Assembly: GCA_963774265.1 (NCBI GenBank) | Contig: CAVZDU010000010.1 | Coordinates: forward strand, 288,001 to 352,000 | Source of the DNA: an uncultured Chloroflexia bacterium | Lineage (GTDB): Bacteria > Chloroflexota > Anaerolineae > CG2-30-64-16 | DNA length: 64,000 bases | Reading direction: 5' to 3' | Part shown: in pieces, positions 1 through 10,027 of the stretch | Numbering within the stretch: the stretch's first letter is position 1 | How the letters are laid out: each line of letters begins with the position of its first letter | Program-made: the position numbers and the translations under genes | Notes under the pieces: model-generated | Told to the model about the DNA's origin: nothing | Database searches by the model: none | What the model saw: the letters and a program-made list of their open reading frames with translations, nothing else

Positions 1-1414
1 TTTGCGTGCGCGACTTCTCCGGGGAGAAGAGGGATGGCGGTGCGCGTTTCGGTACATTTTCAGGGGTCCAGTCCAGGCTGGATCACCTTGCCACGCTGGG
101 CGTCAACGCGATCGAGTTGATGCCCATCAGCGAATTCCCCGGCGACAGCTCGTGGGGCTACAACCCGGTCTTCTACATGGCGCCCAAGTGGATCTACGGC
201 TCGCCGAACAGTCTGAAGGCGCTGATCGACGCGGCACATGCCCGCGGCATCGCCGTGATCCTCGACATGGTCTTCAACCATGCCTGGGCCGAGCAACCCT
301 ACTACCGGATGTATCCGCCCCTTTCTGGTCCCGACGGGGAGATGCTGGAGGATCTGAACCCGTTTTTCCATCACCACCACAACGGCCACGCGAACGGTTG
401 GGGCGGTCTGGACTGGGAGCACTCATCGTCATGGACCGTCTCCTACATGCAGGATATCGTCCGGTTCTGGCTGCAGGAATATCAAGTCGATGGCTTCCGG
501 TTTGATTGGTTGGGCGGGGTGGAATATGACCCCTTCAAACCGCACATGGAGGGCTTCGATCCCTTCTCCGGGATTGCTCCGATCGCACGTGCCGCGCGTG
601 ACGCCTGCCCCGACTGTTACCTCATTGGTGAGTACTGGCCGATCAAGGGCACCAATCCGGCCAAGACCGCAGCCAAATTGGTGCGTGAGACGGAAATTGA
701 CGCGGTGTGGAATGGCGCCTTCCATCACGGGCTGGAGAACTGCCTGTTCCAGACATGGCAATGGGAACGACAGAGCATCGTCGACGTGTTGGGCGGTTTC
801 AAACGGCAAGGCTTCACGTCGCCGATCAGGTCGTGAATTATGTGGTCAGCCATGATGAGCGTCGCCCCGAGCATGAGATCCAGTTCTGGGGCGAGCACAT
901 CCAACCTGGCAGGCGCGCGTCTGCCTTCCCTACCCGCTGGGATCTCGCCCTGCAAAAAGCGCGGCTGGGTATGGCGGTTCTGTTGACCTCACCAGGGGTG
1001 CCCTTGTTGCTGGCTGGCCAGGAATTCGGTGAGGACAGCCCGCGGACAATCGACTTTTGGCCGCTGGACTGGAAGAAACTTGCCCTCCCACAGGGCCGGG
1101 CGCAGTTCGACCTGGTGCAGAGACTCCTTCGCCTGCGCAGAGAGCATCCGGCACTACGGTCTGATTTCGTCGAGTACTACTGGGATGACTTCACACGATA
1201 CAAGGTCGTGCGCTACAAACGTTGGGACCATGACCACGACGTCGTGGTGGTCGCCGCCAATTTCGATAACATCGATCATCGCGTTGGCCTGGGTTTCCCA
1301 TCCGATGGCTGGTGGCGTAATGCTCTCACTGGCGCCCGGCATCATGTCAAGGGCTACTGGCGCGATTTCACATTGCCGGCCTGGAGCGTCCTGATTCTGG
1401 CTCGGGACGCTTGA
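1..1414 (+). CDS. GH13 alpha-amylase-family enzyme (branching enzyme / malto-oligosyltrehalose hydrolase-like); 5' end outside window; apparent 1-nt frameshift near 819
   Basis: ORF 6..836 has ELMPISEFPGDSSWGYNP, ILDMVFNH, DGFRFD (nucleophile) and YLIGEYW (acid/base). ORF 707..1414 continues with VVNYVVSHDE (third catalytic Asp), GVPLLLAGQEFG and a C-terminal beta domain. Confidence 0.85.
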
Positions 1415-1439
1415 CGGACCAAACCAGGCGGGTTATAAT
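1411..1439 (+). promoter_or_regulatory. sigma70-type promoter of the Rieske/cyt b-sdh operon
   Basis: TTGACG (1411-1416), 17-nt spacer, TATAAT (1434-1439). Confidence 0.75.
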
Positions 1440-1453
1440 CTCGACGCTGCCTC

Positions 1454-1473
1454 ACTGTGTAGAATTGCACAGT
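1454..1473. promoter_or_regulatory. palindromic operator, Rex-box-like
   Basis: ACTGTG-TAGAATTG-CACAGT just downstream of the -10 box; TGTG-N8-CACA spacing matches the Rex consensus TTGTGAA-N4-TTCACAA. Confidence 0.45.
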
Positions 1474-1531
1474 TCCTTAGCGTACAAGCCGTAACTGCCA
1501 ATTAGTCCTCATCTCAAGGAGGCGAACCGGA

Positions 1532-2029
1532 ATGTCCGAAGAAACCTTTGGGCATGGCGACGAAATGGGTCGGCGGAAGTTCCTCACTGGGATCATTGGC
1601 GTCGTTGCCGGCGCTGTGGCAACCCTGGTTGGCTTGCCGGCCATCGGGTATCTGATTTCCCCAGGTGTCAAAAAGCAGAATGAAGACGAATGGCTGACCC
1701 TCGGCCCGGTTAGTACTGTACAGCCCGGTGTGCCGACCGGCTTTCCGTTTTCGCGCCGAATTCGAGATGGCTGGGTGGAGTCCACGCAGACCGGTGTGGC
1801 GTTTGTGGTAACCGAGGACAGCCAGAACTTCAAGGTCTTCTCGAATGCCTGCACCCACCTGGCTTGCCGGGTGACGTGGAACCAGGAACGAGGAGGGTTC
1901 TTCTGTCCTTGCCACGATGGGCTTTTTGGCCTGAATGGCGAAGTTCTCAGCGGCCCACCGCCTCGACCTCTGGATCAATTCGAGACCAAGATTGAAAACG
2001 GCCAGATTGCGATCTTGTTGGAGGCGTAA
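1532..2029 (+). CDS. qcrA: Rieske iron-sulfur subunit of a Rieske/cytochrome b complex
   Basis: Tat motif GRRKFL plus TM helix; CTHLAC and CPCHDG boxes; C-terminal GPPPRPL; AAGGAGG RBS. Confidence 0.95.
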   Translation: MSEETFGHGDEMGRRKFLTGIIGVVAGAVATLVGLPAIGYLISPGVKKQNEDEWLTLGPVSTVQPGVPTGFPFSRRIRDGWVESTQTGVAFVVTEDSQNFKVFSNACTHLACRVTWNQERGGFFCPCHDGLFGLNGEVLSGPPPRPLDQFETKIENGQIAILLEA

Positions 2030-2031
2030 CT

Positions 2032-2724
2032 GTGGCTGAAGGTCCACTCCCCGGTGGCCGCAGCCGCGGCCAGGCCATCTTCGACTGGTTGGACGAGCGT
2101 GCGGGGCTAACAACCATTTGGAAAACGGTCTTCGCGCGTACAGTTCCTGAGACCAACTGGTTTTACACCCTGGGCAGCGCCAGCACTATCCTTGCGGTTC
2201 TCCAGATCATCACCGGTATGCTCTTGACGATCTACTACATACCATCGCCCGACCACGCATACGAGAGTATCCAGTACATCATGAATGAGGTGACATTTGG
2301 CTGGCTGATCCGGGGGATACACCATTGGGGCGCCACCTTGATGGTCATTGTTGTGTTCCTACACATGCTTAAGTGCTTCTTCGTTGGCACGTATAAGTGG
2401 CCGCGAGAGCTCACCTGGATCACAGGTGCGTTGCTTCTCTTGATCGTCATGGTCCTTGGATTCTCCGGCTACCTGCTACCGTGGAACCAAAAGGCCTACT
2501 GGGCGACTACGGTCGGAACCAGTGTCATCGGCGCCGTCCCCGCCATCGGCCCGGCGCTCATGGAGATAGCGCGCGGGGGTAAGGAAATCGGCGCGGTAAC
2601 CCTCGCTCGTTTTTATGGCCTTCACATCTGGTGGATGCCTATCGCACTGCTCGGCCTGATTGGGGTGCACCTGTACCTCATCATCCGCATCGGAATTACC
2701 CATCCGCCTGCGCGCGATGAGTAA
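2032..2724 (+). CDS. qcrB: cytochrome b6-type (split) cytochrome b
   Basis: 230 aa with heme His pairs RGIHHWGA..FLHM and YGLHIWW..GVHL; GYLLPWNQKAYWA motif. Confidence 0.95.
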   Translation: MAEGPLPGGRSRGQAIFDWLDERAGLTTIWKTVFARTVPETNWFYTLGSASTILAVLQIITGMLLTIYYIPSPDHAYESIQYIMNEVTFGWLIRGIHHWGATLMVIVVFLHMLKCFFVGTYKWPRELTWITGALLLLIVMVLGFSGYLLPWNQKAYWATTVGTSVIGAVPAIGPALMEIARGGKEIGAVTLARFYGLHIWWMPIALLGLIGVHLYLIIRIGITHPPARDE

Positions 2725-2741
2725 GGCCAAGGACGGCTCCC

Positions 2742-3839
2742 ATGAACGATGCAGATAAACAGGACTACCTGAAGCGCTACAAAGAGAAGAAGGCGGAGGG
2801 CGAGCTCTTCTTCCCGCACTCGATTGCGAAGGATGCAATTGCTTCACTATTCATCTTCATCCTTCTGATCGGACTGGCTGTCTTTGTGGGTATTCCAAAT
2901 GAGCCGCCCGCGGATCCCACCGACGCATCATATATTCCGCGCCCCGAGTGGTATTTTCTTTGGATGTTTCAGCTTCTCAAGTATTTCCCGGGTAAGGTAG
3001 AGGGCATTGCCATCATAGGTTTGGGAGCGGCGCTTGCCGTCGGGTTGTTCGGCTTGCCCTTCCTGGATCGGAACCCGAAGCGACATCCGCGCAACCGACC
3101 CATTGCGACGATTGTGATGCTCCTCATTGTGGCGGGCATGGTATTTTTGACGGTCCAGGCGGTGGCGACCACCCCCACACAGGTTGAGGCGGCCGATATC
3201 GGTGGCGACCAACAGGCGCGCATCGAAGCCGGCGGCAAGATCTTCGAGGAGTATTGCGCCAAATGCCACGGCGCGGACGGAGAAGGCGCAGAGCTCCCTG
3301 ACCAGCCAGGCGAGTTCACGAACCCCCTTAATGACGAGCCCTTCCTGATCACCCATCCGGCAGATAGCCTTTTCAACGTCATCGATTATGGTTGGGAGAC
3401 TCTGGGTATGCCCCCATTCGGGCTCAAGTATGGTGGCAGCCTGACCGATCCCGAAATCCGCGCAGTAGTGGAGTTCCTTAAGGCATGGTACGTGCCGCCG
3501 GATAAGGATGCTGGCGGCGAGCAGGTGCTGGATCCCAACACCATTGAGACGGTCAGCCTTGCCCAACATGTCAGGCCCATACTTGACAAGCGCTGTTTGA
3601 GTTGCCACGGAAAGCGCGTTAAGGGCGGCTACAGCGTCGCGGACTATGATAAGCTGATGACCTCCGGAGATAACCCTCCGGTGATCATTGCGGGTGACGC
3701 CGCGAATAGTATTCTAGCTCAGATGCTGCGCGGAATTGAGACGCCTGCGGGTGGCCAAATGCCTCCCGGTCGAGCGCTGAAGGCGGAGCAAATCCAGCTC
3801 ATCGAGAAGTGGATCAACCAGGGAGCACAGAACAACTAA
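2742..3839 (+). CDS. qcrC: cytochrome b subunit IV fused to two c-type cytochrome domains
   Basis: PEWY Qo motif and three TM helices, then CAKCH (Met ligand in GMPPFG) and CLSCH (planctomycete cytochrome c-like domain ending QMPPG..IEKWINQGA). Confidence 0.9.
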   Translation: MNDADKQDYLKRYKEKKAEGELFFPHSIAKDAIASLFIFILLIGLAVFVGIPNEPPADPTDASYIPRPEWYFLWMFQLLKYFPGKVEGIAIIGLGAALAVGLFGLPFLDRNPKRHPRNRPIATIVMLLIVAGMVFLTVQAVATTPTQVEAADIGGDQQARIEAGGKIFEEYCAKCHGADGEGAELPDQPGEFTNPLNDEPFLITHPADSLFNVIDYGWETLGMPPFGLKYGGSLTDPEIRAVVEFLKAWYVPPDKDAGGEQVLDPNTIETVSLAQHVRPILDKRCLSCHGKRVKGGYSVADYDKLMTSGDNPPVIIAGDAANSILAQMLRGIETPAGGQMPPGRALKAEQIQLIEKWINQGAQNN

Positions 3840-3849
3840 CGAGGGAACA

Positions 3850-4248
3850 ATGAGTAAACTCGCGCGGGTATCCCTTCCCAGGGCGCTGGCTTACCGCGGA
3901 GGACAGCCCATGATTGCGTGGCTGCTTCACCGCATCAGTGGCATTGGCATCGTGTTTTTCGTCTCGATGCACATATTGGCCGCATTCTTCCTCTATTCGG
4001 TGGAAAGCACGAGCGCGACTGGCGCGATCTCTGATGCGTTAACGGCCTTCTATGAGGCGCTACCGATGCAGGTCTTCATGTTGTTCGCGGTGCTCTATCA
4101 TGCCATGAACGGCCTGCGTATCGTGGTGTTGGATATGTTCCCGGCACTGTGGAAGTACAACCGGGAGGCCATGTGGGTGCAGTGGGCTGTATTCTTGCCT
4201 ATGTTCCTGCTGCCGGCCGCGCTGATGATCATGCGCGTTCAGATTTGA
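3850..4248 (+). CDS. sdhC: succinate dehydrogenase cytochrome b556 subunit
   Basis: AWLLHRISGIG and YHAMNGLRIVVLD motifs; three TM helices. Confidence 0.9.
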   Translation: MSKLARVSLPRALAYRGGQPMIAWLLHRISGIGIVFFVSMHILAAFFLYSVESTSATGAISDALTAFYEALPMQVFMLFAVLYHAMNGLRIVVLDMFPALWKYNREAMWVQWAVFLPMFLLPAALMIMRVQI

Positions 4249-4259
4249 GAGGCGAAACA

Positions 4260-4697
4260 ATGGTGACCCCAAACGTTTCTGTCGCCCGAGGCCGTACGGG
4301 CAGCAAGTTTGAAACCACCATGTGGTTCTTTACGCGCGTGACCGGCATCCTGTTCTTGCTCTTAGGCGCGTTCAACTTGGTATATGCCAATTTGACCGGC
4401 GGCTACGGCAAGATGGATGTGGGCGCGCAGATGCGCTGGGCTTTCTTCCCTATCTCCTTCCATGTTGAGTCCAGCGCGGTGGAGGTCACTCCCAACTTTT
4501 CTAACCCATTCTGGCAGGCCTACAGCTTTCTTATGGTAGCTTTTGCCGCCACGCATGGCTTCAATGGCCTGCGCGTCATCCTGACCGACTACATTCGGCG
4601 GCCGCTGCTCCTTGCCTGGGTCAAGGCGATCTTGTTCTTGCTCTGGGTGCTGGTTTTGGTTGCCGCTGCGTTTTTGGTCTTTGTTTTCACCGGGTGA
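4260..4697 (+). CDS. sdhD: succinate dehydrogenase hydrophobic anchor subunit
   Basis: WFFTRVTG and THGFNGLRVILTDY; start moved to ATG 4260 after GAGG RBS. Confidence 0.88.
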   Translation: MVTPNVSVARGRTGSKFETTMWFFTRVTGILFLLLGAFNLVYANLTGGYGKMDVGAQMRWAFFPISFHVESSAVEVTPNFSNPFWQAYSFLMVAFAATHGFNGLRVILTDYIRRPLLLAWVKAILFLLWVLVLVAAAFLVFVFTG

Positions 4698-4730
4698 TGA
4701 TCACTGCCCCGAAAGGAGCGGGTTCCCAAC

Positions 4731-6524
4731 ATGTTGCATCGATTTGACGTGATTGTGGTTGGAGCAGGTGGCGCGGGGTTGATGGCTGCCCTGTATGCCT
4801 CTCGTGGTGCAAAGACCGCGGTGATCAGCAAGCTTTACCCGACCCGCTCGCACACCGGCACCGCGCAAGGCGGCATCGGCGCGGCCCTGGGCAATCTCGA
4901 AGAAGATCGCGCTGAGTGGCACATTTTCGACACCATCAAGGGGTCGGACTACCTTGCCGATCAGGATTCAGTTGAGATCATGTGCAACGAAGCGATCAGT
5001 ATGGTCTATGACCTGGAACACATGGGGTTACCGTTCGATCGCACCCCTGATGGCCGTATCTCGCAGCGCCCCTTCGGCGGTCATACGAACAATGTCACCA
5101 AGAAGCCGGTGCGTCGGGCGTGCCATGCGGCCGACCGTACCGGCCACATGATCCTGCAGACCGTGTACCAGCAGTGCATCAAGAATAACGTTACCTTTTA
5201 TGACGAATACCAGATGGTGGATCTGCTGGTGAATGACCAGGGGCAGGTGGCGGGAGTGGTGGCGGTCCACATCGACAGTGGCACTCTCCACACTTTCCAC
5301 GCCAAGGCTACGGTGTTCGCGACGGGGGGCTTCGGACGCATCTGGAAGATCACCTCCAACGCGTATGCGTTGACCGGGGATGGGGCGGCAGTTGCCTATC
5401 GCCGCGGCGTCCCGATGGAGGACATGGAGTTCTTTCAGTTTCACCCTACCGGCATCAAGGGCCTGGGCATCTTGATCACCGAGGGAGTGCGCGGGGAGGG
5501 CGGCGTGCTCATCAACGGCCAGGGCGAGCGCTTCATGCCCAAGTACGCGCCTACCGTCAAGGACCTGGCCTCGCGTGACGTGATCTCTCGGGCCATCTAC
5601 CTGGAGATTCGGGAGGGCCGCGGGGTCAACGGCGAAGACTACGTGTACCTGGACGTGCGGCCTGAGACGGTCAACCGATACTTCGCCGAGGATGGCATCA
5701 AGAATCCGGACGGCACTCCGCGGCGTATCACCGCGGCCGAGATCGAGAAGAAGCTGCCAGACATCGCGGATTTCTGCCGCACCTACCTGGGAGTCGACCC
5801 GGTGAAGCAGATGATGCCGATCCAGCCGACCGCGCACTATGCCATGGGCGGCATCCCCACCGACAACAACGCCCGTGTGGTGCAGGACGCCCAGAGCACG
5901 CCAATGCCCGGTTTCTATGCTGCAGGCGAGGTGGCGTGCGTCTCAGTCCACGGCGCCAACCGCCTGGGCACCAATTCCCTGGTGGATATCCTGGTTTTCG
6001 GTCGACGCGCGGGCAAGGACGCGGTGAGTTATGCCAACAGCGTGGGCTGGCCGGCGCTGCCACCCGACTTTGATGCGGACGCCCGAGCTCAGTTGGAGCA
6101 CCTGCGTTACAACGAGGGCAACGAATCCGCGGCGCAAATCCGTAAGGACATGCGCGCGCTGATGATGAGCAACGTGGGCTTATTCCGAAATAGTGCGCTG
6201 CTGGGTGAGGCAGTAGACACGCTGAAAATTCTGCAGGAACGCTTCAGCCGGGTGGCCATCATGGATAAGGGCATGCGCTGGAATACGGAGTTACTGGAGA
6301 CGTGGGAGTTGGGCTGTCTGTTGGATTTGGCCCAGGCCACCGCGGTGGCTGCACTGGCCCGCACCGAGAGCCGAGGCGCTCATGCGCGTGAAGACTACCC
6401 GGAACACGATGACGTCCAGTGGCTAAAGCATTCCCTGACCTATCGCGAGCCCGATGGCGTCATTCGTCTGGATTACAAGCCGGTGCGGCTGGGCCTCTTT
6501 GCGCCGGCCAAACGCGTTTATTAG
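4731..6524 (+). CDS. sdhA: succinate dehydrogenase flavoprotein subunit
   Basis: GAGGAG FAD motif, [10 protein letters not shown] (covalent FAD His), [28 protein letters not shown]. Confidence 0.97.
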   Translation: MLHRFDVIVVGAGGAGLMAALYASRGAKTAVISKLYPTRSHTGTAQGGIGAALGNLEEDRAEWHIFDTIKGSDYLADQDSVEIMCNEAISMVYDLEHMGLPFDRTPDGRISQRPFGGHTNNVTKKPVRRACHAADRTGHMILQTVYQQCIKNNVTFYDEYQMVDLLVNDQGQVAGVVAVHIDSGTLHTFHAKATVFATGGFGRIWKITSNAYALTGDGAAVAYRRGVPMEDMEFFQFHPTGIKGLGILITEGVRGEGGVLINGQGERFMPKYAPTVKDLASRDVISRAIYLEIREGRGVNGEDYVYLDVRPETVNRYFAEDGIKNPDGTPRRITAAEIEKKLPDIADFCRTYLGVDPVKQMMPIQPTAHYAMGGIPTDNNARVVQDAQSTPMPGFYAAGEVACVSVHGANRLGTNSLVDILVFGRRAGKDAVSYANSVGWPALPPDFDADARAQLEHLRYNEGNESAAQIRKDMRALMMSNVGLFRNSALLGEAVDTLKILQERFSRVAIMDKGMRWNTELLETWELGCLLDLAQATAVAALARTESRGAHAREDYPEHDDVQWLKHSLTYREPDGVIRLDYKPVRLGLFAPAKRVY

Positions 6525-6538
6525 CCGTGGGGGCAGCC

Positions 6539-7240
6539 ATGATTCTAAAGGTCAAAATCCGCCGCTTCAATCCCGAAAAGGATCGCAAACCCTACTGGGC
6601 CGAGTACTCTCTTGACGCGCAGCCGTGGGACCGGGTGCTCGACGTGCTGGTAGGCATCAAGGAAAACCAGGATGGCAGCCTCACCTTCCGCCGTTCTTGC
6701 GCCCACGGTATTTGCGGCTCCGACGTCATGGTGATTGACGGTCGCAACCGCCTGGCCTGCAAGGTGCTGGTTAAGGACCTCGGCAAACGCATCGTGATTG
6801 AGCCGCTGCGGGGCCTACCGGTTATTAAGGACCTGACGGTGGATATGGAGCCATTCTGGCGGCAATACCGTTCGATCCAACCTTTTCTGATGAATGATGA
6901 TCCGCCGCCGTATACCGAACGACTGCAAAGCCCGGAGGCCCGCGCTCGGTTTGACGAAACCACTAAATGCATTCTCTGTGCGGCATGCACCACATCGTGT
7001 CCGAGCTTCTGGGCTGACGCAAGCTATGTAGGACCCGCGGCTATCGTACAGGCGCATCGTTTTATCTTTGATGATCGAGACCAGGGCGCCCAGGTGCGTC
7101 TGGCAATTCTCGCGGAAGGCAACGGTGTTTGGCGTTGCCGGACCGTCTATAACTGCACAGAAGCTTGCCCACGCGAGATCGAGGTCACCCGCGCAATTCG
7201 TGAGGTGACGCGTGCGATCGTGACAGGCGAGGTCAGGTAG
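6539..7240 (+). CDS. sdhB: succinate dehydrogenase iron-sulfur subunit
   Basis: SCAHGICGSD..RLAC, CILCAACTTSCP and CRTVYNCTEACP cluster motifs; start at ATG 6539. Confidence 0.96.
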   Translation: MILKVKIRRFNPEKDRKPYWAEYSLDAQPWDRVLDVLVGIKENQDGSLTFRRSCAHGICGSDVMVIDGRNRLACKVLVKDLGKRIVIEPLRGLPVIKDLTVDMEPFWRQYRSIQPFLMNDDPPPYTERLQSPEARARFDETTKCILCAACTTSCPSFWADASYVGPAAIVQAHRFIFDDRDQGAQVRLAILAEGNGVWRCRTVYNCTEACPREIEVTRAIREVTRAIVTGEVR

Positions 7241-7258
7241 GCTCAATCACCTCGTCGC

Positions 7259-7312
7259 GACGACTTCATGCTTCCCCGAAAAACTGCGGGAAGCGCGAAG
7301 TCGTCATGTTTT
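7259..7312 (+). terminator. probable terminator of the qcr-sdh operon
   Basis: Interrupted hairpin GACGACTTC..CTTCCC / GGGAAG..GAAGTCGTC followed by ATGTTTT. Confidence 0.55.
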
Positions 7313-7347
7313 AAGACCCGTAGCATCACTTTTGTCGCAATTGAGCG

Positions 7348-7377
7348 TTGACAATCCGGCAGCGTCTGTGATATACT
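7348..7377 (+). promoter_or_regulatory. sigma70 promoter of the Crp/Fnr gene
   Basis: TTGACA (7348-7353), 18-nt spacer, extended -10 TGaTATACT. Confidence 0.7.
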
Positions 7378-7418
7378 TTACAAAGTGAGAGCATAGAGGT
7401 TCTCCTCCAGGAGGAAGA

Positions 7419-8085
7419 ATGCCGCACCAGAGTGACTTTGTGGCCATTGATACAGCTAACCCCGTCCTGCCGCGATTGTGCTGCTGCCACCAGGGCTGCT
7501 TTGTTGGAGCGGGGACGCGTGGAGCACCTCGAAAATGGCTCCGTCCTCGTTGGTGATGGGCAGCCAGCGGGGGTGGTCCTCTTCCCCCTGAGGGGCGCAA
7601 TCCAGATGGCGAAAGCCACGAGCCGGGGGCGACGGCAAATCATCTGCAACCCAACGGCAGAATCATGTGGTGGCGTGTGTATGCTGGCGTTCGGTTCTCA
7701 TGCCCTCGCAGACGTGCGCGGGGTCGACGCGGGTGAGGTGCTTGTCCTCGATCGGTCTGAGTTCGAGCAGTTGATCCATGAGGACCCAGTTCTGTGTCGT
7801 GCTGCGTGGCACAGCGCCGCAAGTTGCATGGCGCACTTGAGTGGGTTGGTGGCCCAGTTGTCATTCAATAAGGTGTCTGAGCGCGTCGAATTGGCGCTGC
7901 TCGATGGCACTGAGAAGGACGGGGATCTGGTGCGATTGACCCAGTCTGAACTGGCTGCCGAGGTAGGTACAACACGCGAAGTAGTCGCGCGTTGTCTTGC
8001 CGGCTTACAGCAGGACGGTCACATCCGCCTTGGTCGCGGCCGCATTACGGTGCTAAATCGCGAAGGGCTCCAGCGCAACCTATGA
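7419..8085 (+). CDS. Crp/Fnr-family transcriptional regulator (probable frameshift near 7478)
   Basis: cNMP-like beta domain and HTH LTQSELAAEVGTTREVVARCL..GRGRITVL in ORF 7432..8085. The ATG with a strong AGGAGG RBS at 7419 is in another frame. Confidence 0.85.
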
Positions 8086-8123
8086 TTTGTGTCCCCTAGG
8101 GACGAGTGAGTCTGGAACACACC

Positions 8124-8160
8124 AACTTCCGAAGCCCGACCGGCTTCGGAAGTTTTTCTT
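8124..8160 (+). terminator. intrinsic terminator / REP-like palindrome
   Basis: 13-bp perfect stem AACTTCCGAAGCC / GGCTTCGGAAGTT followed by a T-rich tract. Confidence 0.8.
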
Positions 8161-8224
8161 TGTCTTTCTTGGAGTCACCGGCCTGCGGTATAATGAGCGA
8201 TGAGTTGATCGAAAGAAGAGGATA

Positions 8225-10027
8225 ATGGACCAACAGTTCATTCGCAATTTCTGCATTATTGCCCACATCGATCATGGTAAGTCAACGCTGGCCGACCGCT
8301 TGCTTCAGCTCACGGGCACAATCTCCGATCGCGAGATGGTGGCCCAGGTGTTGGATACAATGGACCTGGAGCGCGAAAAGGGCGTCACCATCAAGGCCTC
8401 CGCCGTTCGCATGATCTACAAGGCCAACGATGGCAATACCTACGAGCTAAATCTGATTGACACACCGGGTCACGTGGATTTCGCATATGAAGTGAGTCGA
8501 GCGTTGCAAGCTTGCGAAGGGGCGGTGCTCGTAGTCGATGCCTCTCAGGGTGTTGAGGCGCAGACGTTGGCTAACTTGTACCTGGCGATGGAGAACGATC
8601 TCGAAGTCATCCCGGTTGTCAACAAAATCGACTTGGTGTCGGCGCAACCCCAGGCGGTCGCGGAGGAGATCGAGGCCATCCTGGGCACTCCCGCAAACAG
8701 CGTACTGAGGATCTCGGCCAAAGACGGCACCAATGTGAAGGCGTTGCTGGAAGCAGTGGTTCACCTCGTGGCCCCACCACGTGGGCAGCACGATCAGCCT
8801 CTCCGGGCACTCATATTTGATAGCCACTACGACGCCTATAAAGGCGCCGTGGCGTATGTGCGGGTGGTGGATGGTAGTATCATTTCGGGACAAATTTTGC
8901 GCCTCATGTCCACTGGCATGACCCTTGATCCCTTGGAGATCGGCGCGTTCGGCCCGGAAATGCGATCAACTGGCAAGCTCGAAGCTGGAGAGGTGGGCTA
9001 TCTCGCGACCGGGCTGAAAAACGTGGCCGAAGTGCGGGTGGGTGATACGATTACCTGGCACGCCAATCCGGCTCAGACGCCGCTGCCCGGCTACAAGCGC
9101 ATGAAGTCCATGGTCTTCGCGTCGGTGTACCCCAGTGACGCGGCAGATTACTTGTCCCTGCGCGATGCGTTGTCCAAGCTTCAGCTCAACGATGCCTCGT
9201 TGAGCTATGAACCGGAGACAAGTCAGGCGTTAGGCTATGGATTTCGCTGCGGCTTCCTGGGCCTGTTCCATATGGAAATCATTCAGGAGAGATTGGAGCG
9301 CGAATACGACCTTGACCTGGTCTTCACTGCGCCTAGCGTTGAGTATGAGGTGACCAAGACGGATGGCAGTGAAGTGGTCATCGACAGCCCTGTCGAGTTG
9401 CCTGACCCAACAGAGACCGCCGAAATCCGCGAGCCGTGGGTGCAAATCGACGTCTTCACGCCCACGGAGTTCATAGGTCAGGTGATGGACCTGGTCACAT
9501 CCCGTCGCGGAGAATTCAAGGCCCAGGAATACCTAGACCAACGCCGCGTGCTCCTGAGTTATCACATTCCCCTGGTTGAGATCCTGACCGATTTCTACAA
9601 TGATCTGAAGGCGCGCACCCGCGGGTACGCCAGCCTGGATTATCACTTGGAAGGCTATCGCCCCGCCGACATGGTGCGACTGGATGTCTTGGTAAACAAG
9701 GATCCGGTCGACGCATTGAGCATGATCGTGCATCGCGATCAGGTTTACACCAAGGGCCAACGTCTGGTCAGCAAGCTGAAGGATGTAATCCCACGCCAGC
9801 AATTTGACGTGCCCATCCAGGCCGCCGTGGGAAACAAGGTGGTGAGCCGCGCCAATGTCAAGGCGATGCGCAAGGATGTGTTGGCCAAATGCTATGGTGG
9901 TGATATTACCCGGAAGCGGAAACTTCTGGAGAAACAGAAGGCCGGTAAGAAGCGCATGAAAATGATCGGCAACGTCGAGATCCCGCAAGAGGCGTTCATG
10001 ACGATTTTGAAGCTGGATGAAGACTAG
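8225..10027 (+). CDS. lepA: elongation factor 4 (LepA)
   Basis: [33 protein letters not shown], and C-terminal [18 protein letters not shown]. Confidence 0.98.
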   Translation: MDQQFIRNFCIIAHIDHGKSTLADRLLQLTGTISDREMVAQVLDTMDLEREKGVTIKASAVRMIYKANDGNTYELNLIDTPGHVDFAYEVSRALQACEGAVLVVDASQGVEAQTLANLYLAMENDLEVIPVVNKIDLVSAQPQAVAEEIEAILGTPANSVLRISAKDGTNVKALLEAVVHLVAPPRGQHDQPLRALIFDSHYDAYKGAVAYVRVVDGSIISGQILRLMSTGMTLDPLEIGAFGPEMRSTGKLEAGEVGYLATGLKNVAEVRVGDTITWHANPAQTPLPGYKRMKSMVFASVYPSDAADYLSLRDALSKLQLNDASLSYEPETSQALGYGFRCGFLGLFHMEIIQERLEREYDLDLVFTAPSVEYEVTKTDGSEVVIDSPVELPDPTETAEIREPWVQIDVFTPTEFIGQVMDLVTSRRGEFKAQEYLDQRRVLLSYHIPLVEILTDFYNDLKARTRGYASLDYHLEGYRPADMVRLDVLVNKDPVDALSMIVHRDQVYTKGQRLVSKLKDVIPRQQFDVPIQAAVGNKVVSRANVKAMRKDVLAKCYGGDITRKRKLLEKQKAGKKRMKMIGNVEIPQEAFMTILKLDED

